Source: a virus (lineage: Duplodnaviria > Heunggongvirae > Uroviricota > Caudoviricetes). From it: a stretch of 64,000 bases of DNA. Every line of letters starts with the position of its first letter. The first letter of the stretch is position 1. A model generated the notes under the pieces. It saw nothing but the letters and a program-made list of their open reading frames with translations. It was not told the DNA's origin and did no database searches. Positions 9,745 to 19,412 of this stretch are shown here, piece by piece. The position numbers were made by a program, and so were the translations under genes. The DNA lies in the IMG/VR virus record IMGVR_UViG_3300044630_003672; one strand, 5' to 3'.

Positions 9745-10173
9745 ATGAAAACACAGTTACTATGTACGTTTACAACGAAGGGTGAGTTACAGAATACATT
9801 ACAATTAATTAGAGAAACTTACCACATCGTTTATAATTACATTTATATTCTCCAAAATAAGGCGAATTTAGATGAATTATTTATCACGTACAATATTGAT
9901 ACAGCATTCCAACCGGATACTCCGTTGGAAAATACAATTTTAATACATAGAAAAAAAGAGTCTAACTCACTTTATACTATTAATGCTCTTAACGAATTAG
10001 TTAAAGAGGAAAATGGTGGAGTGTTAGATACTTCTTTTGTCATCAATTGGCAGAAGTTTAAAAATTCAATCATATTAACCAACGCCGAAGGTACTAAAAA
10101 AATTCAAACAAGAGTTTTTGAAGTAATTGACTTTGGTGAAGGAAAAGAGGTTATAACTGAAGAACGCAAATAA
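9745..10173 (+). CDS. Conserved phage hypothetical protein
   Basis: 142-aa ORF with QLLCTF and LYTINALN motifs I recognise from large T4-like phages; function unknown. Confidence 0.7.
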   Translation: MKTQLLCTFTTKGELQNTLQLIRETYHIVYNYIYILQNKANLDELFITYNIDTAFQPDTPLENTILIHRKKESNSLYTINALNELVKEENGGVLDTSFVINWQKFKNSIILTNAEGTKKIQTRVFEVIDFGEGKEVITEERK

Positions 10174-10180
10174 TATTATT

Positions 10181-11014
10181 ATGTTATTAAAAAAAGGTGA
10201 TAACAACGAAAACGTAAAATTGATGCAGGAGAAATTAGGTATCTCTCCGGCAGTTACTAACTTTGGTCCTAAAACCGAAGCAGCAGTAAAAGAATTCCAA
10301 TCTAAACATGGACTTCCTGCAGATGGTATTGTAGGTGATGCAACTTGGGCTAAAATTATGGGAGAGGGAACTCCACCACCGGCACCAGCAGCACCAATAG
10401 CACCAGTAGGTGGGTTAAAATTGGATAAATTAAAAGGACACATTCCTGATGCAGTAATCGCTATGATTCCTGATACGGCAGCTAAGTTCCAAATTAATAC
10501 TCCATTAAGATTAGCACACTTCTTAGCACAATGTGGACATGAGAGTGGTGGATTTAGAGTAACACAAGAAAACCTAAACTATTCGGCTAAAGGATTGGCT
10601 GGTATCTTTAAGAAATATTTCCCAACTGAAGCAGCGGCAACTCCATATGCTAGACAACCACAAAAGATTGCAAACAAAGTATATGCAAATCGTATGGCTA
10701 ATGGTTCTGAAGCAAGTGGTGATGGCTACAAATTCAGAGGTAGAGGATATATCCAATTAACAGGTAGAGATAACTACACTCAATTCGGTAAAGCAATTGG
10801 TGAAGATATTGCAAATAATCCAGATGCAGTTAGTGGACAATACGCATTATTATCAGCAGCTTGGTTCTGGTCTAAAAATGGATTGAATAAGTTGGCAGAT
10901 GGTGGTGCAAATGATACTGTGGTAACATCTATTACTAAAAGAGTAAATGGTGGTACAATTGGTTTACCAGACCGTATCAAACACTTTAAAGAATATTATC
11001 ATTTACTAGCATAA
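10181..11014 (+). CDS. Endolysin: peptidoglycan-binding domain plus glycoside hydrolase family 19 domain
   Basis: PG_binding_1-like FGPKTEAAVKEFQSKHGLPADGIVG; GH19 RLAHFLAQCGHESGGF and FRGRGYIQLTGRDNY. Confidence 0.92.
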   Translation: MLLKKGDNNENVKLMQEKLGISPAVTNFGPKTEAAVKEFQSKHGLPADGIVGDATWAKIMGEGTPPPAPAAPIAPVGGLKLDKLKGHIPDAVIAMIPDTAAKFQINTPLRLAHFLAQCGHESGGFRVTQENLNYSAKGLAGIFKKYFPTEAAATPYARQPQKIANKVYANRMANGSEASGDGYKFRGRGYIQLTGRDNYTQFGKAIGEDIANNPDAVSGQYALLSAAWFWSKNGLNKLADGGANDTVVTSITKRVNGGTIGLPDRIKHFKEYYHLLA

Positions 11015-11017
11015 TAA

Positions 11018-11051
11018 TTTGGTAGATTTATAAAAAAATCGTATATTTATA
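11018..11051 (+). promoter_or_regulatory. Bacteroidota-type promoter overlapping the ATATTTATA motif
   Basis: TTTG(11018)-N20-TATATTTA(11042); ATATTTATA at 11043-11051. Confidence 0.65.
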
Positions 11052-11066
11052 TTATAAAGTAAAAAA

Positions 11067-11960
11067 ATGGCAAATATCAGATTAAAAGAATTACTGGAAG
11101 CTAATATAGACCCTAAATTGGTAGCAAGAAGTAAAGAAAGTGGAAAACTTGTTTATTTCAAAACACCACAAGCTAAAGATGCAGCATTGAAAGCTGGTTC
11201 TCATTTAGACCCTAAAGATAAAAAAGATAAAACTCCTAAAGCATCTGCAAAACCAAATGATATGTTTGGTGGAGATTATGCAAAAGATAGAGGCGGAGAA
11301 GCTCCAAAAGCTGATCCTGTTATTGCAGTAGCATCTAGAGCTCAAATGGTCCCAAAACAGTTAGCAGGTTGGGCAGATAAGAATGGTGTAGACCTTTCCA
11401 AAGTATCCGATGCTTTAAATTCAGGTGAGTTAGATGTATTTGATTTTAGAACGGCAGTTAGTGGTATTGATGGTAACAAATACGCTAAAGATGTAATTGC
11501 TAAATATTCACAATCTGATTCTAATACGAAATATTCACAATCAGTTAAACAAGATATTGATGGACAAACTGATGATGAATTATACGATGCTTTGTATGAT
11601 ATGGGATATGATTTCGGAGAACTTGGCAGTGATGATTTTGATGAAGAAGGATTCGCCGATGCAGCAATAAATTTAGGTTACCGATATGATGACAAAAATA
11701 AAGTATGGAATCATAGAGATGACATGGATGATAATGATGATTCTGATGTAGATGGACAAGATGATGAGGAATTATATAACGCTTTATCTGATATGGGATA
11801 TGATTTTGGAAAATTTGGTAGTAAGAATTTTGATGAAAAAGGATTTGCTGATGCAGCGATAAATTTAGGTTACCGATATGATGACAAAAATAAAGTATGG
11901 AATCATAGAGATAATGTAAAAGAAAGTTCAACGAAACTAACATCAATGATTAAAAAATAA
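11067..11960 (+). CDS. Acidic protein with internal 64-aa duplication; probable capsid-internal protein
   Basis: N-terminal MANIRLKELLE; two copies of the D(I/V)DGQ...LGYRYDDKNKVWNHRD unit. Confidence 0.65.
   Translation: MANIRLKELLEANIDPKLVARSKESGKLVYFKTPQAKDAALKAGSHLDPKDKKDKTPKASAKPNDMFGGDYAKDRGGEAPKADPVIAVASRAQMVPKQLAGWADKNGVDLSKVSDALNSGELDVFDFRTAVSGIDGNKYAKDVIAKYSQSDSNTKYSQSVKQDIDGQTDDELYDALYDMGYDFGELGSDDFDEEGFADAAINLGYRYDDKNKVWNHRDDMDDNDDSDVDGQDDEELYNALSDMGYDFGKFGSKNFDEKGFADAAINLGYRYDDKNKVWNHRDNVKESSTKLTSMIKK
11553..11912 (+). repeat. Intragenic tandem duplication, 192-bp period
   Basis: Units start at 11553 and 11745; a 54-bp block is identical at 11667-11720 and 11859-11912. Confidence 0.9.
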
Positions 11961-11962
11961 AC

Positions 11963-11994
11963 AAAAGGGAGAAACTAAAAATTCTCCCTTTTTT
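11963..11994 (+). terminator. Rho-independent terminator
   Basis: AAAAGGGAGAA-ACTAAAA-TTCTCCCTTTT followed by more T. Confidence 0.85.
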
Positions 11995-11995
11995 A

Positions 11996-12027
11996 TTTGG
12001 TATTGTCACAAATTTATCGTATATTTG
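11996..12027 (+). promoter_or_regulatory. Bacteroidota-type sigma70 promoter (ssb P1)
   Basis: TTTG(11996)-N20-TATATTTG(12020). Confidence 0.8.
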
Positions 12028-12074
12028 TTACACATTTGATAAGAAAATAGATGGAAATTTATTACAAAAAAAGA

Positions 12075-12106
12075 TTTGGAAATATCGGAAAATTGTTGTA
12101 TATTTG
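12075..12106 (+). promoter_or_regulatory. Bacteroidota-type sigma70 promoter (ssb P2)
   Basis: TTTG(12075)-N20-TATATTTG(12099). Confidence 0.8.
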
Positions 12107-12136
12107 TATTTCTATTATATTTATTAATGTAACGGA

Positions 12137-12212
12137 AGTGTAGGAAAGACACTATAATCCAACCTTAAAACATAAACGTTTTAAACCTTAAACTCTTAAA
12201 ACTTAAAAGAAA
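12137..12212 (+). promoter_or_regulatory. Candidate gp32-type translational operator in the SSB leader
   Basis: Hairpin AGTGT-AGGAAAG-ACACT, then five TTAAA copies (12165, 12181, 12188, 12196, 12203) before the ATG. Confidence 0.5.
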
Positions 12213-13034
12213 ATGGCTATTAATTTAGACGCAATTAAGAGCAGACTTAACAAACTGCAAAACACCCAAAGAACAACTGTAGAACTTTGGAAACCAGCAC
12301 CGGGAAAACACACTATTCGTTTAGTCCCTTACAAATTCAACAAAGAGAATCCTTTCATTGAATTGTACTTTCACTACAACATTAACAACAAAACTTATCT
12401 ATCTCCGATGTCATTCGGTAGACCTGACCCAATTGTTGAGTTTGCTGACAAACTTAAAAGAATGGGTGATAAGGAAGATTGGAAAGCTGCTAAAAAAATG
12501 GAGCCGAAACTTAGAACTTTTGTACCAGTATTGGTAAGAGGTGAAGAAGGTGAAGGTGTAAAATTTTGGGGCTTTGGAAAAACTGTATATCAAGAGATTC
12601 TTGGTTATATGGCAGATCCTGATTACGGTGATATTACTGACCCAAATGAAGGTAGAGATATTACTGTTGAAGTAGTATCAGCTGAAGACAGTGGTACATC
12701 TTACCCTGTAACAACAATCCGTGTTAAACCAAAGGAAACTCCATTGGCAACATCTAAAGAAGATACGGACAAGTATTTAACTTCTCAAAAAGAAATTACT
12801 GAACTTTATTCAGAATTAACTTATGCAGAATTGAAAAATGTATTAGAAGGTTGGTTAAATCCATCAGCAACATCGGAAGATGAAAAATCAGCATCAGCTG
12901 AAACACTTTCATCAACTGCTAAAAATGATGATGATGAAGCACCATTTGATACAACTCCATCAAAACCAGCGGCAGCGCCAGCTAAAAAATTAGATGATGT
13001 GGCAGCGGCATTTGATGACCTTTTCAATTCATAA
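12213..13034 (+). CDS. T4 gp32-like single-stranded DNA-binding protein
   Basis: WKPAPGKHTIRLVPY, PFIELYFHY, VKFWGFGK; acidic C-terminal tail ending FDDLFNS. Confidence 0.85.
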   Translation: MAINLDAIKSRLNKLQNTQRTTVELWKPAPGKHTIRLVPYKFNKENPFIELYFHYNINNKTYLSPMSFGRPDPIVEFADKLKRMGDKEDWKAAKKMEPKLRTFVPVLVRGEEGEGVKFWGFGKTVYQEILGYMADPDYGDITDPNEGRDITVEVVSAEDSGTSYPVTTIRVKPKETPLATSKEDTDKYLTSQKEITELYSELTYAELKNVLEGWLNPSATSEDEKSASAETLSSTAKNDDDEAPFDTTPSKPAAAPAKKLDDVAAAFDDLFNS

Positions 13035-13047
13035 AATAAGTTAATAT

Positions 13048-14169
13048 ATGGCTAAAGCAACTAAGGAAATAGACTTGGCAGCAGTACTTGCTGAGTCCCT
13101 TAACAAACAATCAAAAGACCAAAAGGTAGCATTCTTTTTGGACTCGGATGAAGCTCCCACAAATGTAGAGGGATGGATTTCAACCGGAGCATCAATGTTA
13201 GATGTGGCTATCTCAAATCGCCCGTATGGTGGTTTGCCTGTTGGTAGAATTACCGAAGTGACAGGATTGGAACAAAGCGGCAAATCATTACTTTCAGCAC
13301 ACTTACTTGCCGAAACACAAAAGTTAGGTGGTATCGCTGTGTTGATTGATACTGAAAACGCCGTAAGTAGAGAGTTCTTGGAAGCCATTGGAGTAGATAC
13401 AACCAAATTACTTTATGTAGCAGCTGAAACTGTTGAACAATGTTTTGAATATACCGAAACCATTATTGAGAAAGTGAGAACTAACTCAAAAGATAAGTAT
13501 GTAACAATCGTTGTGGATTCAGTAGCAGCGGCATCAACTGAAAAGGAGATGGAAGCTGATTATGGTAAAGATGGTTACGCTACCGATAAAGCAATTATCA
13601 TTTCCAAAGCAATGCGTAAAATTACTAACTTAATTGGTAGACAGAAAATCACTTTGGTTTTCACAAATCAATTAAGACAGAAGATGAACGCAATGCCATT
13701 CTCTGACCCTTGGACAACTTCTGGTGGTAAAGCAATTGCTTTCCACGCATCAGTTCGTTTGAGATTAAAGAGTATGGGAACGATTAAGGCTAAAGAAAAT
13801 GGTAACGAAAGAATCGTAGGTATTAAAGTTCGTTGTCAAGTAGTAAAAAATCGTATGGGACCACCGTTACGTTCCGCTGATTTTGATATCTTCTTTGACA
13901 GAGGCATTGATAACTATGGTGCTTGGTTAGGATTAATGAAGGATAATGGTATTGTAAAACAATCAGGAGCTTGGTATGAATATATTGATATTGATTCAGG
14001 CGAAGTGATTAAATTTCAATCCAAAGATTTTCCAACAACATTAGAATCTAATCAGGAAATAAAAGAACAAATCTATAAAAGGATTTGTGAAGCAACAATT
14101 TCACAATACAAAAAAGATTCATTGGATACTGATAGTTTGGTGACAGACTCAGAAGTAATCGGTGATTAA
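13048..14169 (+). CDS. uvsX: RecA/UvsX recombinase
   Basis: GLPVGRITEVTGLEQSGKS Walker A; IVVDSVAA; TSGGKAIAFHASVRL. Confidence 0.95.
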   Translation: MAKATKEIDLAAVLAESLNKQSKDQKVAFFLDSDEAPTNVEGWISTGASMLDVAISNRPYGGLPVGRITEVTGLEQSGKSLLSAHLLAETQKLGGIAVLIDTENAVSREFLEAIGVDTTKLLYVAAETVEQCFEYTETIIEKVRTNSKDKYVTIVVDSVAAASTEKEMEADYGKDGYATDKAIIISKAMRKITNLIGRQKITLVFTNQLRQKMNAMPFSDPWTTSGGKAIAFHASVRLRLKSMGTIKAKENGNERIVGIKVRCQVVKNRMGPPLRSADFDIFFDRGIDNYGAWLGLMKDNGIVKQSGAWYEYIDIDSGEVIKFQSKDFPTTLESNQEIKEQIYKRICEATISQYKKDSLDTDSLVTDSEVIGD

Positions 14170-14173
14170 TTAA

Positions 14174-15232
14174 ATGTTACAAAAAAATATGAAAGACTTA
14201 TACAAAAAATTACTCAATGAAGTAGAATCTGAACATGAATCTAATGCCCAAAGGGTAAGGAATGGTAGAGTTCTTATCATAGATGGACTCAATACCTTCA
14301 TCCGTAGTTGGACTACTAATCCCATTATGAATGAGGATGGTGAACATACGGGTGGAGTTATTGGTTCATTAAATTCAATCGGATATCAAATTCGTCAATT
14401 CAATCCAACCAGAGTTATCTTAACCTTTGATGGTAAGGGTGGTTCAAAAGGCAGGAAAGAATTATTTGAAGGATATAAAGCTGATAGAGGTAAGAATCGT
14501 TTTAGAGTAAATCGTCAGTATCCTGAAATGATGACTCAAGAAGATGAACAAATTTCAATGAAAAGACAATTTGTATGGTTAGTAGACTTGTTAGATAGTT
14601 TACCAATTACTACAATGATATATGATGGTATTGAAGCGGATGATGTAATAGGACACATAGCTAGGCATGTGCTTGGTGAAGATGAAGAATGTTACATCGT
14701 TTCTACTGATAAAGATTTTTTACAACTAGTAGATGAAAAAACAAAAGTATTTTCACCAACTAAAAAGAAACTTTACGATAGAGAATTAGTTAAATCAGAA
14801 TGGGGAATGTATCCGCAAAATCTTTTACTATTCAGAACATTGGATGGAGATAATTCTGATAATGTGCCTGGTGTTAAAGGATGTGGATTAAAGACTGTTC
14901 TTAAAAGATTTCCTGAATTATCGGAAGATAGAGAAATAACTTTTGATGAGTTCTTTCAAATATGCGAAGATAGAAGGAAAGAAGCTAAAATCTATGAAGA
15001 TATACTTGCGGCCAAAGATGATGTTTTGAGAAATAGACAAATCATGCAATTGCAAGAACCACATATCAATACAAATACAAAGTTGAAAATAAATGACCGT
15101 TTTGCCGAACCAAACAAAAAGTTTGATAAGATGGAATTTATCAGAGCAGCTATGAAGTATAAAATTCTTCAAAACTGGAAAGATATAAACGATTGGCTAA
15201 AATCAACATACACGAATATTATAGTAAAATAA
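14174..15232 (+). CDS. 5'-3' exonuclease / T4 RNase H-like flap endonuclease
   Basis: LIIDGLNTFIR, EADDVIG, VSTDKDFLQL, GDNSDNVPGVKGCGLKT. Confidence 0.92.
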   Translation: MLQKNMKDLYKKLLNEVESEHESNAQRVRNGRVLIIDGLNTFIRSWTTNPIMNEDGEHTGGVIGSLNSIGYQIRQFNPTRVILTFDGKGGSKGRKELFEGYKADRGKNRFRVNRQYPEMMTQEDEQISMKRQFVWLVDLLDSLPITTMIYDGIEADDVIGHIARHVLGEDEECYIVSTDKDFLQLVDEKTKVFSPTKKKLYDRELVKSEWGMYPQNLLLFRTLDGDNSDNVPGVKGCGLKTVLKRFPELSEDREITFDEFFQICEDRRKEAKIYEDILAAKDDVLRNRQIMQLQEPHINTNTKLKINDRFAEPNKKFDKMEFIRAAMKYKILQNWKDINDWLKSTYTNIIVK

Positions 15233-15264
15233 TTTGGTGGTATCACTAAATTGTTGTATATTTG
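15233..15264 (+). promoter_or_regulatory. Bacteroidota-type sigma70 promoter
   Basis: TTTG(15233)-N20-TATATTTG(15257). Confidence 0.8.
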
Positions 15265-15281
15265 TAAACCAATAAAGATAA

Positions 15282-16676
15282 ATGCAGAGCGAAGACACAC
15301 TTTCAAAATACGGACAATCATTTCAAACCAAAGTAATATCTGCTTTGCTTACCGATGATAGAATGATGAATACATTATCCGATGTTATTCATAAAAAATT
15401 CTTTGAATCGGAAGCGAATAAGTGGATAGTGGATGAGATTGTATCGCATCATAAAGATTACAATAAAGTGCCTTCGTTGGACGTATTTAAAGTTCAGGTA
15501 TCTAAAATTGATAATCAATCTTTACAAAAAACAATTGTAGGACAACTTAAAGAAATATATGGACAAATCGGTAATACTGATTTTGAATATATCAAAGATG
15601 AGTTTACTTCATTTTGTATTAATCAAAATTTAAAAAATGTAATTGTACAATCTATTGACTTGTTGAAATCAGGTAACTATGATAAAATCAAAGACTTGGT
15701 TGATAAGGCAATGAAGGTTGGTGTTGATGCCGATTTGGGTATGGATTACCTTATTGATTTTGAAAAAAGGTATGATGAAACAAAAAGAGATACTGTTGGT
15801 ACTGATTGGGAATGTATCAATGAACTTATGAATGGTGGATTAGGACCTGGCGAATTGGGGGTTGTAGTTGCACCATCCGGTGTTGGTAAGACTTGGGTAT
15901 TATGTGCTTTGGGAGCTGCAGCTGTAAGAGCTGGAAAGACCGTTGCACATTATTCATTGGAATTATCACAAGAATATGTTGGTTTACGATATGATACTGT
16001 ATTTTCACACATACCATCACATGAATTGGTTGATAAGAAAGAAAAAGTATTAACATCTCTGAAAAAATTAAGAGGTAAACTTAAAATTAAATACTTCCCA
16101 CCAAAAGGTGCATCTTCAAAAACAATTCAAGCTCACTTAGAAAAGATGATAGCAGCCGGTAATAAGCCCGATTTAGTTATTGTGGATTATGCCGATTTGT
16201 TATTATCACATTCAAACAAAACCGATAGTACATACGCTGAACAAGGTGGAGTGTACATTGATTTAAGAGGAATGAGTGGTGAGTTAGGAATACCAATTTG
16301 GACAGCATCACAAACAAATCGTTCAGCAATTGATAGTGAGGTTATTGAAGCTGATAAAATTGCAGATTCATACGCTAAAGTAATGAACGCTGACTTTATT
16401 ATGAGTTTGAGTAGAAAAGCTAAAGATAAGTTGAGTAACACTGCAAGAGTGCATGTTATGAAAAACCGATTTGGACAAGATGGTATAACATTCCCAGCTA
16501 AAATGAATACAACCGATGGTACATTGGAAGTATATACAGCATCATCAACCGATGGGGTATTAGCACAAAAGGCTAGTGCAAATGGGAATGAAATAGAAAG
16601 ACAACTATTACATAAGAAATATGTTGAAAGTATGCCGGTTGGAAACAAACCGCAACTGGTTACGGGATTAGGATAA
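15282..16676 (+). CDS. dnaB: Replicative helicase, DnaB/gp41 family
   Basis: APSGVGKT Walker A; VIVDYADLL; WTASQTNR; KNRFG. Confidence 0.93.
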   Translation: MQSEDTLSKYGQSFQTKVISALLTDDRMMNTLSDVIHKKFFESEANKWIVDEIVSHHKDYNKVPSLDVFKVQVSKIDNQSLQKTIVGQLKEIYGQIGNTDFEYIKDEFTSFCINQNLKNVIVQSIDLLKSGNYDKIKDLVDKAMKVGVDADLGMDYLIDFEKRYDETKRDTVGTDWECINELMNGGLGPGELGVVVAPSGVGKTWVLCALGAAAVRAGKTVAHYSLELSQEYVGLRYDTVFSHIPSHELVDKKEKVLTSLKKLRGKLKIKYFPPKGASSKTIQAHLEKMIAAGNKPDLVIVDYADLLLSHSNKTDSTYAEQGGVYIDLRGMSGELGIPIWTASQTNRSAIDSEVIEADKIADSYAKVMNADFIMSLSRKAKDKLSNTARVHVMKNRFGQDGITFPAKMNTTDGTLEVYTASSTDGVLAQKASANGNEIERQLLHKKYVESMPVGNKPQLVTGLG

Positions 16677-16695
16677 CAATTAAAAAACAAAAACT

Positions 16696-16869
16696 ATGGC
16701 AACAAGTCAAGAATTATTTGAGCAAATCAAAGGACATTTTACAACCTTTGAAACAGAACACAATGGTACTAAAAAAGTAAACAAATCAAGAGCTAGAAAA
16801 GCAATTGGTGAGTTGAAGAAATTAGTAACTGCTTATAAGAAAGCTTCAACAGAAGAAGGAAAAGCGTAA
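16696..16869 (+). CDS. Histone H1-like protein Hc1 family (57 aa; missing from the ORF track)
   Basis: Translated by hand: MATSQELFEQIKGHFTTFETEHNGTKKVNKSRARKAIGELKKLVTAYKKASTEEGKA. The RARKA..EL.KL...Y.K.S pattern matches Hc1-like proteins. Confidence 0.7.
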   Translation: MATSQELFEQIKGHFTTFETEHNGTKKVNKSRARKAIGELKKLVTAYKKASTEEGKA

Positions 16870-16875
16870 TATGAT

Positions 16876-16894
16876 AGGGGGGCTACGGCTCCCC
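16876..16894 (+). terminator. GC-rich hairpin with cUACGg tetraloop (terminator or mRNA stabiliser)
   Basis: AGGGG-GC-TACG-GC-T-CCCCT just after the Hc1 stop; U-tract is weak. Confidence 0.5.
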
Positions 16895-16993
16895 TCTTAT
16901 ATGTTATAATAGACACCTATTTTAACAAATAAAAATATTTTAAAAAAAGTGGATTTTTTATCCACAAACGTGTATTGTTTAGTCAGACACCCC

Positions 16994-17002
16994 ATATTTA
17001 TA
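16994..17002 (+). promoter_or_regulatory. Candidate phage late-promoter motif ATATTTATA
   Basis: Intergenic, upstream of the RNR gene. Confidence 0.4.
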
Positions 17003-17059
17003 TTTTCATTTTGGGGTTTTCCTGAAAAAAATTATTAAACAATCAAATCACAAAAAATT

Positions 17060-18916
17060 ATGGACATTTCAACACGAATTTTATCGGACATTACAGTATA
17101 TATGAAATATGCGAAGTATGTACCGGAATTAAACAGAAGAGAAACATGGGAAGAATTAGTTACTCGTAATATGGATATGCATATTAAGAAGTTCCCAAAA
17201 TTAGAAAACGAAATTAGAGAGAACTACAAATTCGTGTATGATAAAAAGGTATTACCATCAATGCGTTCAATGCAGTTTGCTGGTAAACCAATTGAAATTT
17301 CACCAAATAGAATTTACAATTGTGCATTCGCACCAGCAGATGATTGGAGAGTGTTTTCAGAAATTATGTTTCTTTTATTAGGTGGAACGGGTGTAGGTTA
17401 CTCTGTTCAAAAACATCACGTTGATGCTTTACCTGAAATTAGAAAACCAAATGCAGATAAGACAAGAAGATTTCTTATTGGTGATTCTATTGAAGGATGG
17501 GCAGATGCTGTGTTAGTATTAATGAAAGCATACTTCTTTGGCGGAAGTAAACCGCAGTTTGATTTTAGAGATATTAGACCAAAGGGTGCAAGATTAATTA
17601 CTTCGGGTGGTAAAGCACCTGGACCTCAACCACTTAAAGAGTGTTTGATTAAAGTAGAAGGTATATTAGATGCACACAAAGACGGTGATAAATTAGAACC
17701 AATTGAAGTACATGATATTATTTGTCATATTGCAGATGCAGTATTGGCAGGTGGTATTCGTAGAGCAGCACTTATTTCATTATTTTCAGCAACCGATGAA
17801 AAAATGATTAGTTGTAAGAGTGGTGCATGGTGGGAAACAAATCCGCAAAGAGGTAGAGCAAATAACTCTGCGGTATTAATGAGACATAAAATCACAAAAG
17901 ATTATTTTATGGACTTATGGAAAAGAATTGAAGCAAGTGGAGCCGGTGAACCTGGTATCTATTTAAGTAATGATAAAGATTGGGGAACTAATCCTTGTTG
18001 TGAAATTGCATTAAGACCTTATCAATTCTGTAACTTATGTGAAGTAAACGTAAGTGATATTATAGACCAAACTGATTTGGAAGAAAGAGTTAAAGCAGCA
18101 TCGTTCATTGGAACATTGCAAGCTGGATATACTGACTTCCATTATTTAAGACCAATTTGGCAAAGAACAACCGAAAAGGATGCGTTGATTGGAATATCTA
18201 TGACTGGTATCGGAAGTGGTGCTATTTTAAAGCATGATATGAAGGCAGCGGCTAAAATTGTTAAAGAAGAAAATAAAAGAGTAGCTGATTTAATGGGAAT
18301 CAACGCTTCGGCAAGATGTACAACCGTAAAGCCTGCCGGAACAACATCATTAACTTTGGGTACATCTTCTGGAATTCACGCTTGGCACAATGATTACTAC
18401 ATTCGTAGAGTAAGAGTTGGTAAGAATGAATCAATTTATTCTCATTTAGTATTACATCATCCTGAATTGGTTGAAGATGAATATTTCAGACCACATGATA
18501 CTGCCGTAATTGGTATTCCACAAAAGGCACCAGCAGATGCAATCTTTAGAACTGAATCTCCAATTCAATTATTAGAGAGAGTTAAGAGAGTACATAGCGA
18601 GTGGGTTAAGCCTGGTCATAGAAGCGGTAACAATACACACAATGTATCTGCAACTGTTTCTATTAGAGAGCATGAGTGGAAAGCAGTTGGTGAGTGGATG
18701 TGGGAAAACAAAGAATTCTATAATGGTCTTTCAGTATTACCGTACGATGGTGGAACTTATATCCAGGCTCCATTTGAAGATTGTACAAAAGAAAAATACG
18801 AAGAACTTATGAAAACATTGCACGATGTTGATTTAAGTAAAGTTATAGAGTTAGAAGATACAACTGACTTAAGTGGTGAGTTGGCATGTGCGGGTGGTGC
18901 GTGTGAAGTTAAGTAA
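17060..18916 (+). CDS. nrdJ: Class II (adenosylcobalamin-dependent) ribonucleotide reductase
   Basis: PNRIYNCAF, GTNPCCEI, FCNLCEVN, TVKPAGTTS, C-terminal CAGGAC pair; no NrdB gene nearby. Confidence 0.9.
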   Translation: MDISTRILSDITVYMKYAKYVPELNRRETWEELVTRNMDMHIKKFPKLENEIRENYKFVYDKKVLPSMRSMQFAGKPIEISPNRIYNCAFAPADDWRVFSEIMFLLLGGTGVGYSVQKHHVDALPEIRKPNADKTRRFLIGDSIEGWADAVLVLMKAYFFGGSKPQFDFRDIRPKGARLITSGGKAPGPQPLKECLIKVEGILDAHKDGDKLEPIEVHDIICHIADAVLAGGIRRAALISLFSATDEKMISCKSGAWWETNPQRGRANNSAVLMRHKITKDYFMDLWKRIEASGAGEPGIYLSNDKDWGTNPCCEIALRPYQFCNLCEVNVSDIIDQTDLEERVKAASFIGTLQAGYTDFHYLRPIWQRTTEKDALIGISMTGIGSGAILKHDMKAAAKIVKEENKRVADLMGINASARCTTVKPAGTTSLTLGTSSGIHAWHNDYYIRRVRVGKNESIYSHLVLHHPELVEDEYFRPHDTAVIGIPQKAPADAIFRTESPIQLLERVKRVHSEWVKPGHRSGNNTHNVSATVSIREHEWKAVGEWMWENKEFYNGLSVLPYDGGTYIQAPFEDCTKEKYEELMKTLHDVDLSKVIELEDTTDLSGELACAGGACEVK

Positions 18917-18957
18917 GATGCACGATAACTTGGTACAAAATATAGTAAACGGAATAT

Positions 18958-19158
18958 ATGGCTCGATTCGCGGAAACCGATAAGAACCTATATTACTTTG
19001 AAGGTAGTAGGGTAGTGTTTACACCGGAATACCACATAGAACGTGGATATTGTTGTGGGAATGGGTGTAGACACTGTCCTTACGAACCTAAACATATAAA
19101 GGGAAATATAGAATTAGAAAAAATATATAAAAAAGAAAACGATGAGTGTAGTAGTTAA
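18958..19158 (+). CDS. Small Cys-rich protein (DUF5522-like)
   Basis: RGYCCGNGCRHCPY motif. Confidence 0.7.
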   Translation: MARFAETDKNLYYFEGSRVVFTPEYHIERGYCCGNGCRHCPYEPKHIKGNIELEKIYKKENDECSS

Positions 19159-19411
19159 AAAATTTGGGGCAGCGTGGTGTGGTCCTTGTAGAGCATTGGC
19201 ACCTGTATTAGAGGGAATTAAAAAAGAGTTTGAAGGTAAAGCAACATTCGTTGAATATGATGTTGATAATTCTCCAGAAGAATCGGTACAATATAATGTT
19301 ACATCTATTCCATTAGTAATAATTGAAAAAGATGGTGTAGTTTTAGAAAGATTTCAAGGTTTAGCAGCTAAAGTAGCATATACAAATGCTATTAATGATG
19401 CTATAAAATAA
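19142..19411 (+). CDS. trxA: Thioredoxin
   Basis: WCGPC active site; VTSIP cis-Pro loop. Confidence 0.95.
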   Translation: MSVVVKKFGAAWCGPCRALAPVLEGIKKEFEGKATFVEYDVDNSPEESVQYNVTSIPLVIIEKDGVVLERFQGLAAKVAYTNAINDAIK

Positions 19412-19412
19412 A

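Noticed and set aside
16958-16966. Perfect DnaA box TTATCCACA upstream of nrdJ
   Set aside because: The same 9-mer also occurs inside coding regions (about 42679 and 45407), consistent with chance in AT-rich DNA; it is a single copy only.
16870-17059. Cobalamin riboswitch upstream of the B12-dependent RNR
   Set aside because: The region is short and very AT-rich with no B12-box; only small hairpins are seen.
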